The notes under the pieces: model-generated | The model's database searches: none | Told to the model about the DNA's origin: nothing | The model's input: the letters and a program-made list of their open reading frames with translations, nothing else | Source of the DNA: a virus | Lineage: Duplodnaviria > Caudoviricetes | DNA: 64,000 bases | Reading direction: 5' to 3' (one strand) | Virus record (IMG/VR): IMGVR_UViG_2974692648_000001 | Location: 64,001 to 128,000 of that record | Shown: piece after piece, positions 39,851-48,427 of the stretch | Position numbering within the stretch: position 1 is the stretch's first letter | Layout of the letters: each line of letters begins with the position of its first letter | Position numbers and translations under genes: made by a program

Positions 39851-41801
39851 AACTAGACTGGAAACCCTAGTAAAACAAATCCGCTACCATGCTGGTGTGT
39901 ATTACCGGGAAGACCGCAGTGAGATCAGTGATGCTGATTACGACCTCTTGGTCCAGGAATACAACCAGATCATAAACGAACACCCCGAGTTACTCACCAC
40001 AGACACGGATGTGTTTAAAGGTAAAGCGGTTCCCATAGACACAACCGGGGCAGAATTCCAGAAAGTGAATCATGATCCCGCAATGTTGTCACTGGACAAC
40101 GTCTTTACGCCAGAAGCCTACGAGGAATGGAAGGCTAAACTCCCAGAACAAGACCAGAGCGACATTGCTTTGGAATGGAAGTTTGATGGTATCGCTTTAC
40201 GTCTGATTTACGAAGATGGTAAATTACAACAACTACTGACTCGTGGGACTGGATTGATTGGTGAGGACGTGACGGAGAACGTCGATCATTATACTAATAT
40301 CCCTGAAGAACTGCCTGAAGACTTCACTGCTGGTAAGAAAATTATCATTGACGGGGAAGGGGTGATAGACACCAAGCTATTTGAGGAATTGAATGACTTG
40401 GTCCCTACTCCTTATGTCACTCCGCGTCATGCCGCTTCAGGAATCACCCGTAACCGAAGTATGAAGGAATTGGTTAAAGGTTCCTTAACGTTCATTGCAC
40501 ACTCTTTTCCACGTGCTATTAAGAGTGGTTATAATGACACTATGATGGCGTTACGTAAGCTAGGATTCAGTACTAGTCAGGACTATCGCGTGGATGGTAT
40601 TACTGTAGATCGTCCCACACATATTCCTTTTGCGGTTGATGGGATAGTCGCTAAGGTGCGTGACCATGAGCGACGTAAGGCGTTGGGAGAAACCAACCAC
40701 CATCCCCGTTGGGCTACGGCTTACAAATTCCCTACGTTATTTGAATCCCCTAAGTTGGAAGATGTGATTTGGGAAACTGGTCGTACGGGAACCATCACTC
40801 CGGTGGCTACGTTTTCCCCTGTCATGATAGCTGGTGTAACCGTGCGACGAGCGACACTACATAACTTCCGTACGTTCCAACGAGAATCAGAAGGACTTCG
40901 TGTAGGTTCGGTGATTAAGGTTGGTATGGCAGGTGATATCATCCCTCAGTTCTTTGAAGTAGAAAAAGTAGGAAAGGGTCGTCAATGTAAGCCACCCAAG
41001 AACTGTCCTGCTTGTGAAGAACCGTTGCGTTACGAAGGTGCGGATCAAGAACAAATCTTCTTGACTTGTACCAACCACGCAAAGTGTCCAGCACAGACCC
41101 TAGGTCGCTTGTACAACTTCGGTAGCACCCATGCGATGAACATCCGTGGATTAGGTCCAGCTTCCATTAGTCGCTTCAATCAACTGGGTTTGTTAAATAA
41201 CTTTGTGGACTTCTTCCATCTCCGTGATTTAACTCAAAACACCCCGTTGTCTAAGAATGAATTAAAACTCTTAGATGAGATTGACAAGTGTCGTAAGACC
41301 AGCTTTGCCCGATTCATTACCGCTTTAGGTATCAACGGTGTCGGTAAAGGAACCGCTCGCGACTTGGCGTCACACATTAAGTCTAAGGAAGACTTCATCT
41401 CGTTCTTGGAAGATACCGAGGGATTAATGGAAATCCCCGATATTGGTTGGGGTATCGCCATGAATGTCTCGAGTTACATTAAGGAGAATCGTACTACTAT
41501 TGAAACCCTATTAGAACTGATGGAGTTTGAAGTTACGGAAGTACCGGACTCCTTAATACCAATCGTGGTGACGGGTAAGTTCCCTATCCGTCGTAAAGCA
41601 ATCGAAGAAGGGCTTTTGGCTCACGGTTATGATGTTGGTGATCGTGTGACTTCCAAGACCAAAGCAGTGGTCTTAGGTGACTTCCCTACTAAACATAAAG
41701 AGGTCACCGCAAACGAACTGGGGATCCCTGTGTTGAACATTAGCGTTCATCCGGAACTTACGGTCAGTGATATCTTAAAAGAGCTACAAGGGCGTTTATA
41801 G
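39837..41801 (+). CDS. ligA: NAD-dependent DNA ligase
   Basis: ISDADYD, MLSLDN, adenylation motif EWKFDG, TRGTG, AYKFP, GRTG, ATLHN, Cys4 zinc finger, HhH and C-terminal BRCT-like region. Confidence 0.95.
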   Translation: MSLFKTRLETLVKQIRYHAGVYYREDRSEISDADYDLLVQEYNQIINEHPELLTTDTDVFKGKAVPIDTTGAEFQKVNHDPAMLSLDNVFTPEAYEEWKAKLPEQDQSDIALEWKFDGIALRLIYEDGKLQQLLTRGTGLIGEDVTENVDHYTNIPEELPEDFTAGKKIIIDGEGVIDTKLFEELNDLVPTPYVTPRHAASGITRNRSMKELVKGSLTFIAHSFPRAIKSGYNDTMMALRKLGFSTSQDYRVDGITVDRPTHIPFAVDGIVAKVRDHERRKALGETNHHPRWATAYKFPTLFESPKLEDVIWETGRTGTITPVATFSPVMIAGVTVRRATLHNFRTFQRESEGLRVGSVIKVGMAGDIIPQFFEVEKVGKGRQCKPPKNCPACEEPLRYEGADQEQIFLTCTNHAKCPAQTLGRLYNFGSTHAMNIRGLGPASISRFNQLGLLNNFVDFFHLRDLTQNTPLSKNELKLLDEIDKCRKTSFARFITALGINGVGKGTARDLASHIKSKEDFISFLEDTEGLMEIPDIGWGIAMNVSSYIKENRTTIETLLELMEFEVTEVPDSLIPIVVTGKFPIRRKAIEEGLLAHGYDVGDRVTSKTKAVVLGDFPTKHKEVTANELGIPVLNISVHPELTVSDILKELQGRL

Positions 41802-41831
41802 CGCCCTCCTTACCATCAAGAGGAAAACATA

Positions 41832-42140
41832 ATGGAACAAATTTACTTAGTGACTGTTCACATTGGTGAATTAACTGGGAAGGAGATCGAGGATAAGTTA
41901 AAAGCTTTTCCTAAATCCCGTATCCACTCCGTTGAAAAGTATCAGGTGACTTATTACACTAAGTTGAATAATGAAAATGTCATACTGTCTGAGTTGGAAG
42001 ATGTGACGTCTATTTCAACAAGTGGCACTGACATGATGAAACTAAGTGACCACCATTTTGTTGTTTGTCTAAAACCAAACGGTGACATCAATTTTAATAA
42101 GAAAGATCATCAACTTGCTGGTCATCTTTTTAACAATTAA
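41832..42140 (+). CDS. hypothetical protein
   Basis: 102 aa, GAGGA RBS. Confidence 0.7.
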   Translation: MEQIYLVTVHIGELTGKEIEDKLKAFPKSRIHSVEKYQVTYYTKLNNENVILSELEDVTSISTSGTDMMKLSDHHFVVCLKPNGDINFNKKDHQLAGHLFNN

Positions 42141-42171
42141 TCCCTCCATCTAAAGAAAAAGGAACCCCATA

Positions 42172-43410
42172 ATGGCTAACACTAAGAAAGCTGTAAAAGT
42201 AGAAACTCCTGAAGTTCCAGCGGCGGCAGAAGCTCCGGTAGTAAAAGAAGAAACAAAAATGCACATCAGTGCCCTTAAAGGTGGTGTTGTGGATAAGAAG
42301 GGTAACGTCATCATGATTGACGAATCCGGCCCTTCAAAGAAATTATCCGACCTACTAATGAGTCGTGGCTCATACCGTTACAGCGACTTAAAACGCAAGT
42401 TAAATGGTACCTCACAAAGTCGTGGGTTCTTTGACCATGACTTACCTGAACCTAAGTTAGAAGAGGTTGATTTTTATCCGATTGAAATGGGTGACGGTCT
42501 TACCATCTGGATGGACAAATCTTCTAGTGTGAAATTTGAGATCGAACGTCATCGTCCGGCATTTCTAAGAGCCAATGAAGACCCTAAAGATACCAGACCG
42601 TGTACCTTGATCGTATACAACTCAGAGGTAGAATTAGATATTGTTTCTTATTCTGACATGTTTGATAACGGCACTTCCCTCCTATTTTCAGTTGAAGGTA
42701 AAGTGGATCATATCCGAAACTCCGTCCTAGTCGGACCTGACTCCCGTCGCGGAGCGGTGGAACTAAATGCGATTCTGGATTCTGAAGTTTACTTTAACGG
42801 GTTTAAGTTCGAAGCACATCGTGTCACCAAGTCTAACGTTGAAAACTCCTACGTTCGACTATCTGGTAGCATCGAAGATTCCTTTATCACGGATTCTCAT
42901 ATCAGTTCTGAGAAATACTCTCATATTTCCAACTCAACAATCAAAAATAGTCACCTGGTTTGTAAATCAATAAGAGTCGGACGCCTTACACCATCAGACG
43001 GTGGTTACTACATCCCACGATTACATATCACGGACTTCCATTTCTACCAGTCCGATGAAGGCATTGAGATCTTCCGTGGATTCGAATTTGACACCATCGG
43101 TTCTGGTTATATGTACAACACTCTGGCGTTTGTTCCTCTGGACCGCGTTAGTGATAAAGTTGAGTTCTTGTTGTTCGCACCTAAGAAAGAAGGTGAAGAC
43201 TACGCCACACCAACTACCCGTGTGACGTGGGATATGAATAAACAAGAACTTCGTAAACACGTCAGTGCGTTGTTGTTCCCTAAACAAAGCACTGAAGACG
43301 TTCTGGGTACCATCGGTACTATTGAAGGTTCGGTAATCAACGAAGCAGTATCGGTCCTATACAACCGCCTACGCATCATTAAACAAGTTCGCACAGCTTC
43401 TATGCTGTAA
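42172..43410 (+). CDS. hypothetical protein with a beta-solenoid-like segment
   Basis: 412 aa; S-x-(I/V)-x-(N/D)-S repeats. Confidence 0.7.
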   Translation: MANTKKAVKVETPEVPAAAEAPVVKEETKMHISALKGGVVDKKGNVIMIDESGPSKKLSDLLMSRGSYRYSDLKRKLNGTSQSRGFFDHDLPEPKLEEVDFYPIEMGDGLTIWMDKSSSVKFEIERHRPAFLRANEDPKDTRPCTLIVYNSEVELDIVSYSDMFDNGTSLLFSVEGKVDHIRNSVLVGPDSRRGAVELNAILDSEVYFNGFKFEAHRVTKSNVENSYVRLSGSIEDSFITDSHISSEKYSHISNSTIKNSHLVCKSIRVGRLTPSDGGYYIPRLHITDFHFYQSDEGIEIFRGFEFDTIGSGYMYNTLAFVPLDRVSDKVEFLLFAPKKEGEDYATPTTRVTWDMNKQELRKHVSALLFPKQSTEDVLGTIGTIEGSVINEAVSVLYNRLRIIKQVRTASML

Positions 43411-43467
43411 GTCGTAATTAGTCCTCAGAGAGCCTTACCGGGCCTCTGAGGGTTATTAGGAGTCCCT

Positions 43468-43950
43468 ATGGATAATTTACCAACTACTGAAGTTCCCATC
43501 ACCATCAATGGGGTGGAAGAAACCGTAACGGTCACCATTAGCAATAAACCTTTATTGGTCCCTATGGCGGTTAATGCAGTAATGAATGATGACCCGTTCA
43601 TCAAATTAGCAATAAACGAGTGGGTAGCTAGCTTTCCTGAAGATGGTGTTATTTACACCTATGTGAGCGATGACGAGCTGATTACGATTGAGTTCCAACC
43701 AGAGTGTCACCTGGACATAGAAGTCACTCCTGGACAGCATGTGGCGTTCTGGACATTCAACAGTTCTTGGCAAGGCCGATTGCGTGTCGAAGGTGTGTGC
43801 GGTATGTTCAACTCCCATATCCCGGCGGCAGGTGTTGTAATGAAAGATTCGTTCTTGTTTAACCAGTACGCACTTAGTCCCGGTATTACGTTGTACAACA
43901 CCACACTCATTAAGTTAGAAGGTAACACTCGTAACGTACATATTACTTAA
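43468..43950 (+). CDS. hypothetical protein
   Basis: 160 aa, AGGAG RBS. Confidence 0.7.
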   Translation: MDNLPTTEVPITINGVEETVTVTISNKPLLVPMAVNAVMNDDPFIKLAINEWVASFPEDGVIYTYVSDDELITIEFQPECHLDIEVTPGQHVAFWTFNSSWQGRLRVEGVCGMFNSHIPAAGVVMKDSFLFNQYALSPGITLYNTTLIKLEGNTRNVHIT

Positions 43951-43955
43951 AAGGC

Positions 43956-43984
43956 ATCCCTCTTCCTTTATCGGGAAGAGGGAT
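43956..43984 (+). terminator. intrinsic terminator
   Basis: ATCCCTCTTCC-TTTATCG-GGAAGAGGGAT then a T-rich tract. Confidence 0.7.
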
Positions 43985-44160
43985 TATTAATTATTTTTTA
44001 ACTACTATCCCCATCTTTTTGGGGAGGGGGAGAAAGAAAAAAGAAAAAACGTTGTCTATTTATTATTTTTAATATATTTATATACTTAATATAACAGCAA
44101 ATGTATTAAGTTCCTTTAATCTATACACCAGCAAATAATTAACCTTTACTAAGGAATAAC

Positions 44161-45129
44161 ATGGAACAAGCAAACAACAAAACCCTAGATCATCTTTCCA
44201 ATAAAGAAAAAGAATTATGGGAAAGGATTAACCAAGAGGTCCAGGGTAAAGCACACAGAGTCACTTTAAAACACTTATCTCAACTTTTCGGCATAGATAA
44301 GTCCATCATCTCTAAATTGATTGTTAAAGCGACAGACATGGGCTCTGTCCAATGGTTTGTGATCCAAAGAGAAAAAGCAGTACTCGACTTACTCAGAGAC
44401 CCCAACTTTGATCTGAATCAGTTGCATGTGAAGATGGGTTATGGGGACCCACGCAACCTTTGTGTTTATTTCCGTGAGAAATTCAAGTTCACCGTTTCCG
44501 AGATAACATACTTGCGCTCACTTGGTCTTTCTAAGGATTACCTAGAAAGCGAATTTGATAATGTTGATGAGTACTTAGCGTTTGAGATGATACGAATGAT
44601 ACAACGTGCTAAGGGAAAGATCAAAGTTAAAGAAGACCTACTAAATTTCTTTAGGTGCAGTCACACTTGGTTTTATCGAATTTGGAATAGTTACAACGGA
44701 CCAGAAAGTCCTTCTGAATTTATCTCCTTTACCCGAATTTCATGCATTAGAAAAGATTTCTTAAAAAGTAAGATGACTCCCAAGGAGTACTTCTTAAAGA
44801 ACGATCTTCCTTCTCATAACGTGGACTATATTCATAAAGTCCATTACGGAGTCACTTTCCGTTCTTGGGCAGGCAAGCAAGTTAAAGGGATCCCTAGACG
44901 CCGTAATAAAGGTTACGATGAACTTCTAGGTGAAGAGTGGTTGGAAGTTATAAAGCAACACATTACCGACTGGGAGATACGTATCGAAACGATAGCCAAA
45001 GAGATCAATTTACCTCCGCAAGCTATACGCAGCATTATCACTTATTATCGTAAACAAACTTATTTGGAATTCAAATATGATGTACTTGGTTCCAAACAAT
45101 CAAACTTAACTGTCGGGTCGTATGTATGA
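44161..45129 (+). CDS. protein with tandem AraC-like helix-turn-helix domains
   Basis: TLKHLSQLFGIDKSIISKLI...LL.DPN.DLNQLHVKMGYGDPRNLCVYFREKF matches the AraC/XylS HTH_18 pattern; second and partial third copies follow. Confidence 0.65.
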   Translation: MEQANNKTLDHLSNKEKELWERINQEVQGKAHRVTLKHLSQLFGIDKSIISKLIVKATDMGSVQWFVIQREKAVLDLLRDPNFDLNQLHVKMGYGDPRNLCVYFREKFKFTVSEITYLRSLGLSKDYLESEFDNVDEYLAFEMIRMIQRAKGKIKVKEDLLNFFRCSHTWFYRIWNSYNGPESPSEFISFTRISCIRKDFLKSKMTPKEYFLKNDLPSHNVDYIHKVHYGVTFRSWAGKQVKGIPRRRNKGYDELLGEEWLEVIKQHITDWEIRIETIAKEINLPPQAIRSIITYYRKQTYLEFKYDVLGSKQSNLTVGSYV

Positions 45130-45153
45130 CGATAATTCAAAAGGAAACTTATC

Positions 45154-45678
45154 ATGCTTATTATCAACACCGATGGCTCCTGTGTGGGGGAATCCGGTGC
45201 CGGCCCTGCTGGGTACGGAATAGTAATACGTGAGGGAGAAGTAACCATAGAGTTGAGTGCGGGGTATCGACGCTCCACTAACAACCGTATGGAAATGCTT
45301 GCTACGATTGTGGCTCTGGAAGGTTTACCAAATAGGAGAAAAGTTAGCGTAACAACTGATTCTCAATATGTTAAACAAGGAATCGAACAATGGATTCATG
45401 GTTGGCGTAGACGAGGATGGAAACGTGCGGACGGTGGTCCTGTTAAAAACGTGGACCTTTGGAAACGACTTTATGACATGACTCGTTATCATGACGTGAC
45501 GTGGAATTGGGTTAAAGGTCACTCTGGGGATCCAGATAACGAACGTTGTGATACGTTAGCTCAAGAAGCAGCGCGTAACAATGCCACATTGGAAGATGAA
45601 GGGTATTTCACCTACAACGAGAACCTCCCTAAATTCACACCAGATAAATCCAGACAATGGTGGAGACACAAGCGATGA
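45154..45678 (+). CDS. rnhA: ribonuclease HI
   Basis: [40 protein letters not shown]. Confidence 0.95.
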   Translation: MLIINTDGSCVGESGAGPAGYGIVIREGEVTIELSAGYRRSTNNRMEMLATIVALEGLPNRRKVSVTTDSQYVKQGIEQWIHGWRRRGWKRADGGPVKNVDLWKRLYDMTRYHDVTWNWVKGHSGDPDNERCDTLAQEAARNNATLEDEGYFTYNENLPKFTPDKSRQWWRHKR

Positions 45679-45995
45679 TCGACATGACCGAATCCAAAGA
45701 GATTCTGAAAAAGATTAAGGAAGCCTCAGAAAAAACATACAAAGACATGACGCCTTTGGAGGTGAGTGAATTTAATACTAACATTTCACAAAACCCTTTG
45801 GTCAACAGCATTGTACGTCACAACCTCATGACGAGACCCAACTATTCGCCGTACTGTGGTGGGATAGACGAGTGTGACCAAATGCCGAGAACTAACTACG
45901 TGAACGGACAGTTCGAATGCCCGACGTGTGGTTGGCGTAGTAGCTTCCCAGAACCTTTCATGAAGATCTATCGAACCCATTGGGGGCTCGACTAA
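45675..45995 (+). CDS. zinc-ribbon protein
   Basis: YCGGIDEC ... CPTCGW; ATGA overlap with the rnh stop. Confidence 0.65.
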   Translation: MIDMTESKEILKKIKEASEKTYKDMTPLEVSEFNTNISQNPLVNSIVRHNLMTRPNYSPYCGGIDECDQMPRTNYVNGQFECPTCGWRSSFPEPFMKIYRTHWGLD

Positions 45996-46056
45996 CAGTA
46001 GGAGCTTCGGCTCCTCTTTTATTTGCTTATTGAATATTTAACCGAGAGTTATAACC

Positions 46057-46527
46057 ATGACTAAAGAAGTAAGAAAGGAAAAAGGTTACGTTAGTGTTGA
46101 TTTAGCTTACCACCAATGTGGGGTTATCCGTGACATGTTGGTCAGTCAGAACATCACACCTATTGACCAAGGGAAGTTTCATTGTACTATCGCATTTGAT
46201 AAGGATTTGATTGACAATGCCTTAGAGCCTAAACTTGATCCAAGTAAAGTTTTTGAAGCGAAAGTGATTGGTGTGGAACTTATGGGGAAAGTGAAGGAAG
46301 GTTTGCAAAGTGCGGTAGCACTTACCTTAGAATCCAGCGATTTGACCGAAGAGCATTATAACTGGATGTCTCTGGGTTATGAGCACAACTGGCCCGACTA
46401 CATCCCGCACATGAGTGTGGCTTACGATGTCCCGGTAGAAGAAGCAGAGCGTTTAGTGGATATCCTGCAACCTTTTGTGGGTCAAACTTTCTACTTTAAC
46501 AATCTAACCGAAGAACCAATCAAGTAA
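46057..46527 (+). CDS. 2H phosphoesterase, Acb1 (T4 gp57B)-like anti-CBASS nuclease candidate
   Basis: Two HxT/S motifs, FHCTIAF and YIPHMSVAY; 156 aa, similar in size to Acb1. Confidence 0.7.
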   Translation: MTKEVRKEKGYVSVDLAYHQCGVIRDMLVSQNITPIDQGKFHCTIAFDKDLIDNALEPKLDPSKVFEAKVIGVELMGKVKEGLQSAVALTLESSDLTEEHYNWMSLGYEHNWPDYIPHMSVAYDVPVEEAERLVDILQPFVGQTFYFNNLTEEPIK

Positions 46528-46548
46528 AAGTGGGAACAGAACAAAATC

Positions 46549-47196
46549 ATGAGTAAGAAAAACAAAGGCACACGCAGAGGTGTCCAAATTAAAGGTCGCC
46601 AGCAACGTCTGACCAAGCTAAACCAATACACTATCGCTAATACGGTAAAAGAGATCAGCGATCATTTCTATTTCTTTGGTAGTCATGCTCATCAGCTCAG
46701 TACTATGGACTGGGCTCCTAAGCTATTGAAGTTAAAACAATCCAAAGATCGTCAAGTTGCAATAAAGGCGCTGATCACGTTGTTGAGTGAACCTTCTCCT
46801 TGGCAACTGTTTTTATTCGTCGGTGTGGATACCGGAGAAACTGTAGAAGTATTTTCTTACTTACAAGAATTCAAGAATGAGACACATGTTAAAATAGCTA
46901 CTCCTTGTGGTGAATTCATTACCGAGTGTTTAAATGGAGTTAAGCGCAATATTCTTAACGAAAAAGAATACAAAGGTACACAGTTAAAGTCAACTCACAA
47001 GGTATGCGGGTTTGGGTATTATCTGTTTAACTCCGATGAATATAACCTCGACGCAGCGGAAGACTCCATAGCAGACTCGCTGTACGAGACAGGTGTCTTC
47101 GATCATCCGTTTGATGAGAACGATTACGTCACCATCAAACCATCTCATTTCACTGAGCTGTTCACAAGACAAGAACTCAAAACTATTAAGGGTTAA
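46549..47196 (+). CDS. hypothetical protein with basic N-terminus
   Basis: 215 aa ORF. Confidence 0.7.
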   Translation: MSKKNKGTRRGVQIKGRQQRLTKLNQYTIANTVKEISDHFYFFGSHAHQLSTMDWAPKLLKLKQSKDRQVAIKALITLLSEPSPWQLFLFVGVDTGETVEVFSYLQEFKNETHVKIATPCGEFITECLNGVKRNILNEKEYKGTQLKSTHKVCGFGYYLFNSDEYNLDAAEDSIADSLYETGVFDHPFDENDYVTIKPSHFTELFTRQELKTIKG

Positions 47197-47198
47197 TT

Positions 47199-48356
47199 AT
47201 GAAACATTTTATCGACGCACTAGAACAAGTGGTAATTGCAGGCAATGAAAGCAATGGAGATCATTATGCGTTGCATTGGCATCATAAGTTCGATATTAAC
47301 AAAGAAGGTTACTTACCACAGTGGTCAGCAATCGCCAAGACTCCTGGGGTGGACGTTGCCATTAAAGAACTGGAGTGGGTGTTGAGTCAAGATAGCTCAT
47401 TGGACATTTTACATGACGCTGGCTTGAACCACCGTGATTACATGGCTGTGGAAGAAGATGTCATGTATCTCCGTAATTATACTTTCGATGAGCGTGTGGA
47501 AAAAGCCAAACAACGTTTCTTTGAAGCTGGTGTGATTTTGGAGGACACCGATGCACTCAAGTCAGCTTTCCTAGATAACGGTATGATGGATAAACATCTT
47601 ACTTTGGGTGGATGTATGGCTGCGATGGGACTACCTGAAGCAGCAGAAGAAGTGGTGGTCAAGAAAGGTGAGATCGGATTAAGTCAAGGTAAGGCATTCC
47701 AGACACCAACCAGTACCGGTGTAATTTTGTTCCACGCACCTGAGTTACTTCCAGAACCAACACACTCCATAGCAGAGGCCGCTGGAGAAGGTCGCTACAT
47801 TAATACACCTAAACAAATCCAGATGAGCTTCTTGCAAAATGAAATCCCGGTAGATCGTCGCATTGAGATCATGCATTCTCGCGGGGAGAATCAAGCAACA
47901 AAACTCATCACTGGTATCGTTAATGACCTGCCTTACAAAGATTTGGTGGAGTTGGGTCTGGATATGAGCGAAGAAGATTACGACTTGGTAGACCGTGGTA
48001 ATGTCATCACCGACATGTTAACCACGATACACGTTCCGCGCTTTGAACTCCATACCCGTTTGATGTTATCAACACTATCTCCCCTAAAAGAGTATTCAAC
48101 CGAAGTACTGCCTTACATGCTTTATGCGGAACAGGTAGCACTTAAAACTAACATGATCAACACGTCCTTTACGTTGGATGTCGATTACTTGTTGTTGGAT
48201 AAAGAAACTCTGGGTATGCTGATTAAAATCAAAGAGTCCGAGTTAGACTACACTAAAGTAGGTAAAGTGCAACTACAGCGTCCCGGCAACCTAAGTATTG
48301 TCGACGTCCCTTTGACTAAAGAAGAAGTCAAGACCTTCGATTACATCGGTCTCTAA
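47199..48356 (+). CDS. degenerate thymidylate synthase-like protein (predicted inactive)
   Basis: Collinear with the ThyA pattern (ELEWVL, GEIG...G, PELLPE), but the PCH, QRS, N and H-x-Y catalytic motifs are replaced. Confidence 0.6.
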   Translation: MKHFIDALEQVVIAGNESNGDHYALHWHHKFDINKEGYLPQWSAIAKTPGVDVAIKELEWVLSQDSSLDILHDAGLNHRDYMAVEEDVMYLRNYTFDERVEKAKQRFFEAGVILEDTDALKSAFLDNGMMDKHLTLGGCMAAMGLPEAAEEVVVKKGEIGLSQGKAFQTPTSTGVILFHAPELLPEPTHSIAEAAGEGRYINTPKQIQMSFLQNEIPVDRRIEIMHSRGENQATKLITGIVNDLPYKDLVELGLDMSEEDYDLVDRGNVITDMLTTIHVPRFELHTRLMLSTLSPLKEYSTEVLPYMLYAEQVALKTNMINTSFTLDVDYLLLDKETLGMLIKIKESELDYTKVGKVQLQRPGNLSIVDVPLTKEEVKTFDYIGL

Positions 48357-48367
48357 AAGAATACAAC

Positions 48368-48386
48368 TCTATATTACTTGAGTGTA
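48368..48386 (+). promoter_or_regulatory. putative early promoter
   Basis: TCTATATTACTTGAGTGTA contains the phiKZ-type TATTAC core. Confidence 0.6.
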
Positions 48387-48427
48387 CTAACCACCTATTA
48401 ATAAAACCTTTCATGAGGAATTAAAAC

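Noticed and set aside
47199-48356. Active thymidylate synthase or dNMP hydroxymethylase implying modified DNA
   Set aside because: The catalytic Cys motif and nucleotide-binding residues needed by both enzyme types are absent
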